Source: Mobula hypostoma
Lineage: Eukaryota
Length of the DNA: 64,000 nt
Assembly (NCBI RefSeq): GCF_963921235.1
Contig: NC_086097.1
Coordinates: 13,888,001 to 13,952,000 of the forward strand
Reading direction: 5' to 3'
A model generated the notes under the pieces. That model was given only the letters and a program-made list of their open reading frames with translations. It did no database searches and was not told the DNA's origin. The position numbers were made by a program, and so were the translations under genes. Below, one piece after another: positions 36,080 to 47,590 of this stretch; position 1 is the stretch's first letter; each line of letters starts with the position of its first letter.

Positions 36080-36450
36080 CCATGAACCTCCTGTTCCACC
36101 ACTGTGGTTTGATGGGTCATCCAGGACTCTCCACTTTCACCATTGTCGGTTTCCTGGCCACATTTAGAACTGTCATTCCACCATTGTGGGTTTCCTGCAC
36201 ACTTAAGACTCTCCCCTTTTACAACCATGGAGTTTATTGGCCATTAATGATCCTTCCCCTCTACTGTGGTTTGATGTGTCCTTCATGACTCTCCTCTCCT
36301 CCACTGTGGGTTTGACTCCTTTTCAAGAATTCTTCTCCTCGACTTCTGTGTCTTTCAAGGACCATCCAGTACAGTGCTCCTTCATAGTTGAGGGTTGGTC
36401 GCCTAACAGACATTCCTACCTTCACTATTGTGAGTTTATATGCCCTTTAA
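36080..36450. repeat. Degenerate minisatellite with a unit of about 40 bp
   Basis: Recurrent (CATGACTCTCC...CCACCAYTGTGGGTTT) units, about 6-8 diverged copies. Confidence 0.6.
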
Positions 36451-36619
36451 GGTTTGACCTGTAAAGTGAGAATTCAAGGTCGGAATGTATTCATCCACAG
36501 AGTGTCCCCGGTGAAATGTTGATCTTTCTTATTCTCTGCAGATAAAGGGGCGGGGGGGGGGCGCGAATATATTTTGCAACTTGAAAACAAATCCTGTTTG
36601 TTGATTTATATAATGCGTT

Positions 36620-36620
36620 T

Positions 36621-36653
<33 letters not shown>

Positions 36654-36694
36654 TCGTCCATCGTCAACGTCGATGAGGACCTCGACACCATTAT

Positions 36695-36739
<45 letters not shown>
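36620..36739. repeat. Two (TA)n(TG)n microsatellites flanking a 46-bp insert
   Basis: Directly visible. Confidence 0.9.
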
Positions 36740-36741
<2 letters not shown>

Positions 36742-36781
36742 AAGGATTTTCAAATTCCACCAGAAATTCAGATTTGAAGTA

Positions 36782-37448
36782 TTTAATGGATTTTAGTTAA
36801 TTGGGCCATCAGTTAATCAGGGCTAAAGTTTATTTGGGACAACTCTTAAAGAACAAACACTGACTGAGAAAGCAGCTGGGATTCCCTTAGTTCATTTGGG
36901 ACACTGCGACACTTAATTGGGGCAGGAGATGATTGCTAAATGGTTTCTATCTAGCGGTAGTTGTGTGCACTTGTGTGGCTGTTCAACACTACACTGTGCT
37001 TAGAGAGAACAGTTTGTAAATTGTGTCGGTTGCATGTGCTTGTGTTATCAATTTGGGTTGAAAGACACCGATTCAAAATGCAGTGATTTTTGACACTATT
37101 CTTGCAGGAAGGCAACGAGGGCAGTCCATTATCTGCACTGGGTGTCTGCACTGATTTTGTTCATTTACAGTCAATCAAAAAAACATGGCAGTGTACACTG
37201 AATGAATTCCCCTGTCGATAACTATTAAGAACTAATACACAGTTTTATAGTACTGAAGTAGTATTCCAATTTGTTCTAATTTGTTCTGTATTTCATTTAA
37301 ATACATAATTTGTTATTCAGTTAAATGGTAGTTTGTCTTTTTTAAACCTTTTTCAACTATTCCCATGAAACTTCAGCTAATTGGGGCAGCCACTTATTTG
37401 GGCCAAAATATACTGGTCTCAATATGACCCAATTAACTGAATCCACTG
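36782..37448. mobile_element. Tigger/pogo-like non-autonomous DNA transposon
   Basis: Right TIR CCCAATTAACTGAATCCACTG|TA, degenerate left TIR TAATGGATTTTAGTTAATTGGG, and internal TTAATTGGG/TATTTGGG subterminal repeats. Confidence 0.7.
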
Positions 37449-37682
37449 TAGTTAGTAAAATGATCTGAGGGAAGATGAGGGAAAAAGATTTCAGTCTGAG
37501 GATGTTGAGGGTCTGCAATTCACTACCTGAAGGGGAGACCAGAGACCGAAATCTTCACCAGAGTTAACAAGCATTGTATGCTATCCAACTATTCAGAAAT
37601 CTTGACAGCTTATCTGGTGCTGATTGCCATCTTCTCTTCTAGTCAGTAGGAACCCAGATTATGTTCTCCCTTTCAGTTACCA

Positions 37683-37965
37683 TGGTGGCGTGATAGCGTA
37701 GTGGTTAGCACAACCCTTTGCAGTGCCAGCAACCCAGGTTCAATTCCCATCGTTGCTTGTAAGGAGATTGTATGTTCTCCCTGTGGCAGCATGGGTTTAT
37801 TCTGGGTGCTCCTGTTTCCTCCCAGAGTCCAAAGATGTACCGGTCAGTGAGCTAATTGATCATTATAAATTGTTCCATGATTAGGTTAGGGTCAAATAGG
37901 TGGATTGGTGGGTGGCACGACTCGAAAGGTCGGAAGGGCTTATTCTGCACTGTATCTCAATAAAA
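37683..37965 (+). mobile_element. V-SINE (HE1-like)
   Basis: TGGCGTGATAGCGTAGTGGTTAGC...GGTTCAATTCCC, V-domain and CR1-like tail. Confidence 0.85.
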
Positions 37966-38067
37966 AACTATATGAATGAATGGACGGATGAATGAAAGAA
38001 TAAATAAATAGTTTCCTGTCCTCCTTTTAAACACACTGGCATTCTGCTTCCTCTGGTATCTTTCAAC

Positions 38068-38138
38068 CAGGAGTTTCCAATCTTTTTTATGCTATAGACC
38101 CCTACCATTAAGCGAGGATGCCAGGTTGTGAACCCCTG
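38068..38138. mobile_element. Small hAT-like MITE
   Basis: CAGGAGTTTCCAATC...GGTTGTGAACCCCTG with an imperfect 8-bp TSD CTTTCAAC/CATTAAAC. Confidence 0.65.
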
Positions 38139-38194
38139 CATTAAACTCAACAGAACACCTCTTTCCTTCAATTAACCTGCATCTGTTTGATGCA

Positions 38195-38400
38195 TATAAG
38201 CACAGGAGATTCTGCAGATACTGGAAATCCTGAGTAACACACATAAAATGCTGGAGAAATTCAGCATCTGTGGAGAGGAATAAATAGTCAATGTTTCAGG
38301 TCCTGATGAAAGGTCTCGGCTTGTAACATCAACTATATATTCATCTCCATAGATGCTGTCTGACCTGTTGAGCTCCTCCAGTATTTTATATGTGTTACTC
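38195..38400. mobile_element. PLE termini, inverted pair
   Basis: Minus copy to about 38299, then plus copy starting TCCTGATGAAAGGTCTCGGC. Confidence 0.7.
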
Positions 38401-38504
38401 TGATTGTCATTCTCCCCTGAATTTCAGTAAGTTCTGTTCCCGCATTCATTGTCAAAAATTATTTAACACTACAGAAAAGAGAGAAGTAAAAGTTTTGGCG
38501 GGGT

Positions 38505-38618
38505 TCTGAGTTGGATGATCAGCCATGATCATAATAAATGGCGGTGCAGGCTCGAAGGGCCGAATGGCCTACTCCTGCACCTATTTTCTATGTTTCTATG
38601 TTTCTATGTTTCTATGTT
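38505..38618 (+). mobile_element. CR1 3' tail with (TTCTATGT)n
   Basis: GGCTCGAAGGGCCGAATGGCCTACTCCTGCACCTATT(TTCTATGT)n. Confidence 0.85.
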
Positions 38619-38680
38619 AATAGAATAACGTACAATAGTCTAGAAGCTATGCTATTCCAATGCCATCAAAGTTAAACCAG

Positions 38681-39222
38681 CTTGCATCTATGGAAATGAA
38701 TAAAGAGTCAAAATTTCAGGCCTGGGCCCTTCCTCAGGGCTGGAAAGGAAGGGAGAAGGAGTCAGACTAAGAAAGGGAAGGGGGAGGAGCAACAAAGGGA
38801 GGTAACGGGCATATAGGAGAGAAGATGTGAGAGGGAAACGGGAATGGGGAATGGTGAAGGAGAGGAGGTGGTAGCAATTACCAGAAGTTTGAGAAATCTC
38901 CAACCCTTTACCTCTTTCATCAATCAACTTCCCAGCTCTTTACTTCACCCCTTCCCTCTTTCTCAGTTTCACCTTTCACCTTTCACCTTCCACCTTGTCC
39001 TTCTTCCTCCTCTCCACCCCCACCGCCTCCCTCTGGTGCTCCTCCCACTTCCCTTTCTTAGTCTGACTCCTTCCCCTTCCTTTCCAGTCGTGAAGAAGGG
39101 TCTCGGCCCAAAATCTTGACTGTTTATTCATTTCCATAGATGCTGTCTGACCTGCTGATTTCCTCCAGCATCTTGAGTGTGTTGCCTTGGATCTGCAGTA
39201 TCTGCAGATTTCCTCGTGTTTG
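38681..39222. mobile_element. PLE termini, inverted pair
   Basis: 13-bp TSD AAAGTTAAACCAG at 38668-38680 and 39223-39235. Confidence 0.85.
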
Positions 39223-39282
39223 AAAGTTAAACCAGGTTAAGATTTTCACAATTTTCTCTATTGTAGAGTAGGGGTCCCAAAG

Positions 39283-40205
39283 GGGCATCACAGTTAACAC
39301 AACTCTATTACAACTCATGGCATTGGAGTTTGAAGTTCAAATCCGGCGCAGTCTGTAAGGAGTTTGTACGTTCCCCCGTGAACATGTAGATTGCCTCGTG
39401 ATGTTCTGATTTCCTCCTACAGTACAAGGACCTACCAGTTAGTAGGTTAATTGGTCATTGTAAATTGTCCTGTGATTAGTCTAGGGTTAAATAGTGGACT
39501 GCTGGCTCATTGGGCCAGAAAGGCCTCTTCCACACTGCATTTCTAAATAAAAGTAGAACAGAGGGACCTGGGAGTACATGCACGTAATTCCCTGCAAGTG
39601 ACGTCACAGGTAGATAGGGTGATGAAGAAGGCTTTCGGCAAAGTGGTATTCCTCAGCCAGGACACCGAGAACAGGTGTTAGACATTACATTGCAGTAAAA
39701 GAAGACAATGGTGTGGTGAGTACTGTGTCCAGTGTGGGTTACCCTGTTACAGAAAACATGTTATTAAGGTGAAAGACTGCAAAGAAGATTTATGAAAATG
39801 ATTCCAGGACTCGAGTGCCTGAGTAATGGAGAATGGTATAGCAGATGAGGTGTTTGTTCATTGGAGCACAGGAGAGTGTGATTGTATGGGGTTTCTTTTT
39901 ACCTCTGAGAGAAAGTGAATCAAAAACAAAGGGCGTAGGTTTAGACTGAGAGAACATATTTAAAATGGACTTGGGGTGTGATTTCTTCATGCGCAGATTA
40001 CGCATATATGAAACGGGCTGCCAGAGAAAGTGGTTAAGAAAGTACATTAGCAACGTGTAAAAGACACTTGTACAGATACATGAATAGGAAAGGTTCAGAA
40101 GGAAATGGGCCAAACTTGGGCAAATTGGACCACGTAGAAGGGAATCTGGGTCAGCATGGACAAGATGGGCTGAAGGGGCTGCATTACTCTTTGACTTTAT
40201 GGCTC
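39283..40205 (+). mobile_element. V-SINE (39283-39550) followed by a degraded CR1 3' fragment
   Basis: V-domain region, then EQRDLGVH..NSLQVTSQVDRVMKKAFG. Confidence 0.7.
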
Positions 40206-40840
40206 TAAAATCCCAAGCAGGTTCACATTCATTTATTTATCACATGTACAGTACATTGAAACATTCAGGGAATTGCATGGTTTACGTCAACCGTCACACA
40301 TTCATGTCTCTGTCTTTGAACATAGACCAGACGTCCTTCATTACATGTCCACGTCACTGGCCTTTGGACATGGAGTACTGGATGGAGCTTAGACCCCGGC
40401 CTGACCTGTAACTCTTCCAAATTCAAGTCCCAAAACCCTAATCTGAACTCTATCTCCACCACGTTACTGGCCTTAAGCCCTAAACTGCCCACTAGCTCCC
40501 TGTCTGTCTCCCTAAAATCATCCCTATGAATTGAATAATGACTAAATCTGAGCCACAACCTCAACAGAGACTGCAGCTTGATGCCATCTTGACAGGGAGC
40601 ATGCTGGGTTAACACAGTGTGGGAGTTGTGACTATCATGGTAATGCACCAGTGCTGGAAGGTGGGGCCGGTCTGAGGAGCTCATTAAGCAGCCGAAACGT
40701 AAAGGGACAAATGGCGCTCTTCTATGTTGTAACTTAACTCCAATTCTATAAACAGCTTAAGAAGAATAGGACTTTATTCCCTCGAGTGCAGGAGAATGAG
40801 GGGAGATTTAATAGAGATATACAAAACATACGAAGGGTAT

Positions 40841-41231
40841 TGTTATGTGCCATGTCCTATGACATAGGTGATCATGGACTTTCCATGACCATGATTGTTT
40901 TTGGCAATTTTTTTCTGCAGAATTGGATTGCCATTGCCTTTTTTTTAAGGCAATGTCTTATACAATCAGGGTGACCCCCAACCATTGTCAATACTCTTCA
41001 GACATTGTCTGCCTGGCGTCAGTTTTCACATAACCAGGGCTTGTGATACACACCAGCTGCTCATACAACCATCCACCACCTGCTCCCATGGCTTCATGTT
41101 ACCCTGATCTGGGGGTGGGGGGTGCTAAGCAGGTGCTACACCTTGCCCCAAGGGTGATCTGAAGACTAGCAGAGGGAAGGAGTGCCTTACACCTACTTTG
41201 GTCGAGACGCATCTCCACACCGCCACTAAAT
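40841..41231 (-). mobile_element. RTE-related SINE-like element inserted in a CR1 fragment (40765-41540, plus)
   Basis: TSD GAAGGGTAT at 40832-40840 and 41232-41240. Minus strand carries the RTE-like motif AAGGCAATGGCAATCCAATTC...TTGCC. Confidence 0.65.
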
Positions 41232-42061
41232 GAAGGGTATAGTTGGGGTAAATGCAAGCAGGCTTTTTCCACTGGGGTCGGTTGAGACTAGAACTAGAGG
41301 ATGATTTTAAGGGTGAAAGGTGAAATGTTTAAGGGGAACATGAGGGGTAATCACTTCACTCAGAGTCTGGTGAGAGTGTAGAATGATCTTCCAGTGCAAG
41401 TGTTGACCGTTTCAATTTCAACACTTCGAAATTTAGATGGGAGAGGTATGGAGGATTATGGTCCGGGACCAGGCAGATTAGTAGTTCAGTATGGACTAGA
41501 TAGACTGAAGAGCCTGTTTCTGTACTGTAGTGCTCTATGACTCAATAACCCTAATAAACTCATTTTTCACCATGACTCAGCTCTTAATTGTTGCACAAAG
41601 ACTAAAAGGATTAACACTGTGTTATTTTGGATGTAATCTTTTTGTGTTTCACATTCCCTTGTCTGTCGGTGTTTTGAAGGTGCTTATCAAAAACGGATAG
41701 ATCCCTCTCCTCGTGACTCCTTCATCAACGGGAGGATGGGGACTTGAGCGGGTTTTTCAGTGAAATCTGAGACGGCCTTTGTTCGTACAGCTGTGCCTGT
41801 CAAGTTATAAGGACAAAGCGATGCAAATAATGCTTCTATTGTCTGTCTTGGTGTCAAGTGACAGAAGGTGAACTTGGACCAAGCCCAAATGCCACAAGGC
41901 CCACTCCTGGTCAGGCTTAGAAAGGCGGATTGTTTTGTAAAGGCACGGCATCCTTCCTGCTAAAGAGGAACGTTCCTTCCATAGGCCTTTCAGCTCAGAG
42001 CCTCCATGAGCACCTTGTCCTTATTTGAGCATAAGATGAATTGCTGGTGGGACATTGCAGA

Positions 42062-42530
42062 TCAAAGTTCAAAGTACATTTATTATCAAAGTATGTATAA
42101 TTTATACAATGTTAAGATTTGTCTCCTTACAGGCAGCCATTAAAAGAAACCCATTAAAAAAAGACCATCGAACACCCAAAGTGCAAGAGAGAAAAAACAA
42201 ATCATGCCAACAATAAAAGTAACACTCATAAAATGCTGGAGGAACTCAGCAGGCCAGGCAGCATCTATGCAAAGAGTACGGCTGACATTTCAGGCCAAAA
42301 CCCTTCGGCAGGACTTCGAAACCCTTCTGTCATGCTGAAGGATTTCGGCCCGAAACGTCAACTGTACTCTTTCCTTAAATCATGCAAACCTCGGGTCGTT
42401 CCTTGCGCTCTTACACGGGCCCTGCCACTTCGATCAGGCAGTATCAGTAGAGAGGTCATTCAGCAACAGTTAAAGAAACCCGCCTTGGCTGCTACGAGCT
42501 TTCAGCATCTTTGCGAGTAGCGTCAGAGGA
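42062..42530 (-). mobile_element. Non-autonomous (TTGAAC)-tail element with an inverted PLE pair at about 42220-42375
   Basis: Same tail as 12170; two opposed degenerate hammerhead cores. Confidence 0.6.
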
Positions 42531-42574
42531 AGACATACTCAGAATTAGAAATCACTCTCTTACATCAAGTGCAA

Positions 42575-43580
42575 ATTCAAGTTCAAGTCAAATTTATTGT
42601 CATTTGGCTATATACATGTATACTGCCAAATGAGACGTTTTTCTGGACCAAGGTGTAAAGCACAGTTATGTACATGACACACATATAACACAGAAAGTAA
42701 GAAATAAATCTACAAATGAATTACACATAGATATACGATGTAAACGTGCATAAATTAAATCTTGTTGGGTACAGTACAAGATTTTCCAGTGACACTTCAA
42801 ATACAATGTGGCAAGGAGCTCAGACACCTAACGGCCTGAGTGAAGAAGCTGTTTCTCATCCTGACTGTTCTTGTTTTTATGCATCAGAGTCTCCTGCTTG
42901 ATGGTAGAAAGTCAAAGAGGATGCTGGATGGATGGGAGGGTTCCTTGATAATAGTAAGGGGCCCTGCATACATAGCACTCCTTATAAATGTCCCCGACGG
43001 ACAGTAGGAAGCTCTCTATGACCCCTTTGGCCATTCTCACATTCTTTTGTCGTGTCTTCCAGTCCGATGCTCACTGCTCCCATACCAGAAGGAGATGCAG
43101 CTTGTCAGGATACTCTCAGTGGTGCTCCAGTAAAATTCAGTTAAGATCGCTGTGAGGGGGAGAGCCTCGTTGACCTCCAGATCTCCTGGAAGTGGAGGTG
43201 CTGCTGTGCCTTCTCACTCAGGGAGGCGATATTGAGGGACCAGGTGAGGTCGTCCATGATGTGAATTTCCAGGAACTTGGAACACTTAACTTACTCTGTG
43301 AAGGAGACCTGAAATGTGTTGTTTTGCAACAACAGTACAGTGCAAAGACAAAAAAATATATAAATTACAAAACATATAAATCGTGCTAAAAAGAGGAGAA
43401 TGGGTTCGTGTTCATGGCTTCACGGAGCATTCAGAATTCTGATGGCAGAGGGGAAGAAGCTGTTTCTGAATCATTGAGTTGGGTATTCAGGCTCCTGTGT
43501 CTCCTCCCTGATGGTAGCAACAGGAAGAAGGCTTGCCCCAGATGGTAAGGACCCTTCAGAATGGATGCCATTTTCTTGAA
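42575..43580 (-). mobile_element. Two Rex1-like LINE 3' fragments
   Basis: Tail (TTGAAC)n at 42575. FKKMASILKGPYHLGQAFFLLLPSGRRHRSL at 43431-43613. Confidence 0.7.
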
Positions 43581-43939
43581 GTCTGTGCCTCTTGAAAATA
43601 TGAATAGGTGCATGCTGGAACTTACAATCCGAAACTAACAAGGCCCTGAATGGAGAGGCAGATGCGATAGAGAGCTAAAATTACTCCACTGATATGTGCC
43701 AAAAAAAATCAATTGGCTGGAATGCATCCTTTATATTTGAAAGTTCCTTGTCACATTTTGCCATTTGGTGAAAATGCCCTTAGTGAAGTTTCTTAACTCG
43801 GAATATTCTGACAATGCAAAATCAGTGGAACAAGCAATACATTAATTAAGCTTCCGCAACATTTCTCAATGACGAATTGTAAACTTTGGCTTCAATATTC
43901 AAGATTGTTTAGTGTAATTTCCAGTACTCAACAGTAACT

Positions 43940-44268
43940 GACTTACTTACTTATTTCCCCAAACGCCACTGGTGTATAGGGAAGCAATGAAGATCCTCCA
44001 TCTCTGTCTGTATAGAAGAATTCTTCATTGCCGTTTCCATAACAATTGTTTTCTGACCAGTCAAGTTTATTAGCTCTGAGCTGAACTCCCAAACCTGGAG
44101 GACCGGTGGACCACTCTTAGTCTGGCCTGTACCCTTTGACCTGTTTGGCATGGGTGACCCTATCAAGAGCCAAGCGAAAAGCCCAAGCTCCAGCCAACAT
44201 AGCTCTCTGGGTCATGGAGGCACGCAAACCTCCAAACCACAGCAAGGAAGCGGTCCTCTTGGAGGACT
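43940..44268 (-). mobile_element. RTE-derived bipartite non-autonomous element with a (TAAG)n tail
   Basis: Minus strand has an RTE 5'-UTR-like segment (CCTTGCTGTGGTTTGGAGG...GAGCTATG...GGGTCACCCATGCCAAACAGGTC) joined to a short 3' end and TAAGTAAGTAAGT. Confidence 0.7.
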
Positions 44269-46134
44269 CAACAGGAAAGAAGAAAAAAAATATTGTCAAT
44301 CTGGAACCAGTCCAGCACAAAAAAACACAATAAGTTGAAGAACATCATAATAAATAAACAGAATAAATATAAATGCATCATTTCTGAATCCATGAACACT
44401 TCCTCAGTACTTCCCCTCTCTCTTTGCATTCCTTACCTAATTTATTTTGTATATATACTTTTTATTGTGCTGTATAGTTTTTTTATTATGTATTGCATTG
44501 CACTGCTGCCACAAAACAACAAATGTCATGATATTGAACCCGATTCTGATAGCTTATATTCATAGATTGATTGTACGTCCATAAAGTGACACTAGGTACA
44601 GGAGTGCCTGTACACAAGATGGCTGACAGGAAATGATAAAGTAGTGGTGGTGGGGAATGTGGAAGGGTTGGAAACTTCCTTGAAAACAATTAGAATCAGT
44701 GCACAGGGACATCTCATTTGAGTATGTCAGAATGCCTCTATTAAACATTTCCACTGCAATCCTTATTCCATGTCGTTATACTTTGCAAAAACGAAACACA
44801 TCCAGCTGCCCCCTATCTTTTTGGGACTGTGAATGATTTGGAGGCTAATATGCTCATGCTTACGGACAGTAAGAGGAACAGGTTTTACACTTTTTTACAG
44901 CCTCTCTCTAGGGATGTGAGGTCAAAGCATTAGTGTAGTTCAGAAGCTTCACCCATCACATGACTTAATCTTAAACTGCCAAGTAAGCGTTACTTCTCCG
45001 CCACCAGCAGTTTGCAAGGACTGTCTATATACAGCTGTATATACCGTTGCCATGGTTGAGTGGGGCCTATTCTAATAGCCAGGTGCCACAGTTCTTGGAC
45101 CTCTGGCAAGTTGCAAAACAGCTTCATTTTGAACCTAAGACTTTTTCCCCCTAGATTAGTAAAGAATTTAATCTGTGCAATGTTCCAAAAGCAATCATTG
45201 ATTAAGGAAACATCAGATGCTGTAACAGCCTGCACAGCCTTGGGGCTTCAGGCTATAATACTGTGGTCTAAGGCTGTACTGTGAGAAGAATGACTTCCTC
45301 ACCTGTCTAATGAGCCAGTGGTTGACTGGGCAGACTGTAATTGGCTTATAATGCCCAACATTATGTGGTTTAAGGCAAGGCATTATTCTATTGCAAGGTA
45401 TGCGGAGTTTACTGAGAGCTGTGATTCCCACGTCCAAGTGGTATGTTTTCTTTCCCCTTGGGTGATTTGTGGGGTGTAGAAGGCTTGAGAGCAAAATAAC
45501 AGCAGTGATTTTTCTTTTAAAGCTTTGAATCGTGGCTCAGGTGTGTCTGTAAGAAGTGCATTCACCAATGACAACAGACTAGTTGTTTATGATCCAGCTA
45601 AATCGCAACCGAGCTTTCTTCAAAACCAAAACACAAAAACCAACAGCATTTTTAAAGGGTGTTTATAATGTTCACTTGGCAGCTATTAAGCTAAAGCCGG
45701 GAGAGACAAAGTAAGAAAAAAAGACATGGAAGAGGCGAGCTGTCTGGGCCAGAGAGGCTGAGGAACAACAATTGTCCCAGACGTCAGATTTGCTGAACTT
45801 TCAGAATAATGAATCTGGTCTTTGGAGCAATGCCAGTAACTGACATTCTGGTATTTGCTCCTGTTTATCCTCTCAGTTAACCACGTAAATGCATTTGGTC
45901 GATGCAGGTGCTGAGATGTTCCGGACATAAGTTCCACACTCTTTCAATATTAAAAAAGGCTCTTTTCTCCCTCCTCACAAAATCCTGCGGACTTTTGTTC
46001 TCTGAAGTTAATACTCCGCAACTCTGTGGCAGTAAAACATGGACTAGAATTCCTACTGTACATTGTGGCAGTCATTATGCAGCCTGGAGTCTTGGCTGTC
46101 AAAACCCAACTTTTCATTCACATGTTTTTAATTG

Positions 46135-46903
46135 ACATACAGTGCAGAGTTGGCCCTTTCAGCCCTTCGAGCTGCGCTGCCTAGCGATTCCCTGATTTGA
46201 TCCCAGCTTAATGACGAGACAATTTACAATGCCCACTTAACCTACTAACCTTTGGACTGTGGGAGGAAACCGGAGCACATGGAGGAAACCCACATGGTCA
46301 CGAGGAGAACATAGAAACCCCTTACAAACAGCGGCCATACTGGGTCACTGGTACTGTGAAGTGTTGTGTTATTGTACCGCCCTTACTTTGTCTTATGAAT
46401 GTTATGATACGACAGATTATATTAGTGTTCACTTATTAACAGTATATAGGAGAGTACCAGAGAAACTGAGTTATAGAAAAAGGCTGAATAGGTTAAGACA
46501 TCTTTCCCTTGAGCGTAGAAGAAGTAGTGGTGATTTGATAGCGGTATGGTATACAAAATTATGAGGGTATAGATAGAGTACTTCAAGCAGGCTACTTCCA
46601 CCTAGGTTGGGTGAAACGACATCTAGAGGTCATGGGTTAAGGTTGAAATGTGAAATGTTTAAGGGGAACATGAGGGGGAAATTCTTCACTCAGCAAGTGG
46701 TAAGAGTGTGGAACAGGCTGCCAGTGGATATCAGTGCAATTTCAACATTTACTATAAGAAAATGTTGAATAGGTACATGGATAGGAGATGTATAGAGGGT
46801 TATGTCCCAGGTGCAGGTCAAAGGAACTAGACGATTAATGGTTTGGCACAAATTAGATGGGCCAAAGGGCCTGTTTCTGTGCTGCATTCTTCCATGACTC
46901 TAT
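46135..46903. mobile_element. V-SINE (46135-46380, minus) and CR1 3' fragment (46460-46903, plus)
   Basis: GGGAGGAAACCGGAGCAC; KLSYRKRLNRL..SLERRR..GDLI. Confidence 0.75.
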
Positions 46904-47590
46904 CAATATTCAGTGAGATCACCCGTAGCTCAGCAAATCTACACAATTACTACATCAGCAACATATGTCAAAATGGCAAATAAATAAATATGTAAATAAA
47001 AAAGTATAATTGCTTTTACAGAGTAAAATAAAGAAAAGAGAAATCCTTGTATTTTTATGGCACCCAAGCTCTTCATTGAAATGCTTCCAAGGCAGTCGTA
47101 CAAGGCATAAATTTTCTTTGCAGTGACTGGTGTTATGGGGGCAATCAAAACACGTACTGACAATACAGCCATTCACAACATGAAACTAGAGGAGGTCAAG
47201 TTGCTTTGCTTTTCTTATGAAATTTCACCTAATCTGCACTGACATACGGCCACGTTATTAGAGTGGAATCTGGCGTAGTCTTCTGCTGCTGTCACCCATC
47301 CACTCCAAGATTCAACAGGTCACGGTTCAGAGATGCTCTTTTGCACACCGCTATTGCAACACGTGGTTTTATGAGTTTTCAACCAGTCTGGCCATTGTCC
47401 TCCAACCTCTCTCTTTTACAAGGCATTTTTGCCCACAGAACTGCTGCTTACCAGATTTTTTCTGTTTTTTTCACTGATCTCTGTAAACTTTGGAGACTGC
47501 TGTGCGTGAAAATCACAGAAGATCAGCTACTCCTTCTGACAACAACAATTATTCCACAGTCAAAGTCACTTAGATCACATTTCTTCCCAT

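Noticed and set aside
36080..36450. CRISPR-like repeat-spacer appearance
   Set aside because: Repeats are highly degenerate, spacers are mutually similar, there are no cas genes, and the context is eukaryotic.
37683..37750. tRNA gene
   Set aside because: The A/B boxes belong to a SINE head followed by a V-domain and LINE tail; no complete cloverleaf.
40672..40701. Hammerhead-like CTGAGGA-GCTCATTAAGCAGCC-GAAAC-GTA outside any recognised PLE
   Set aside because: The flanks cannot form stem I and stem II is weak. Likely chance or a heavily decayed relic.
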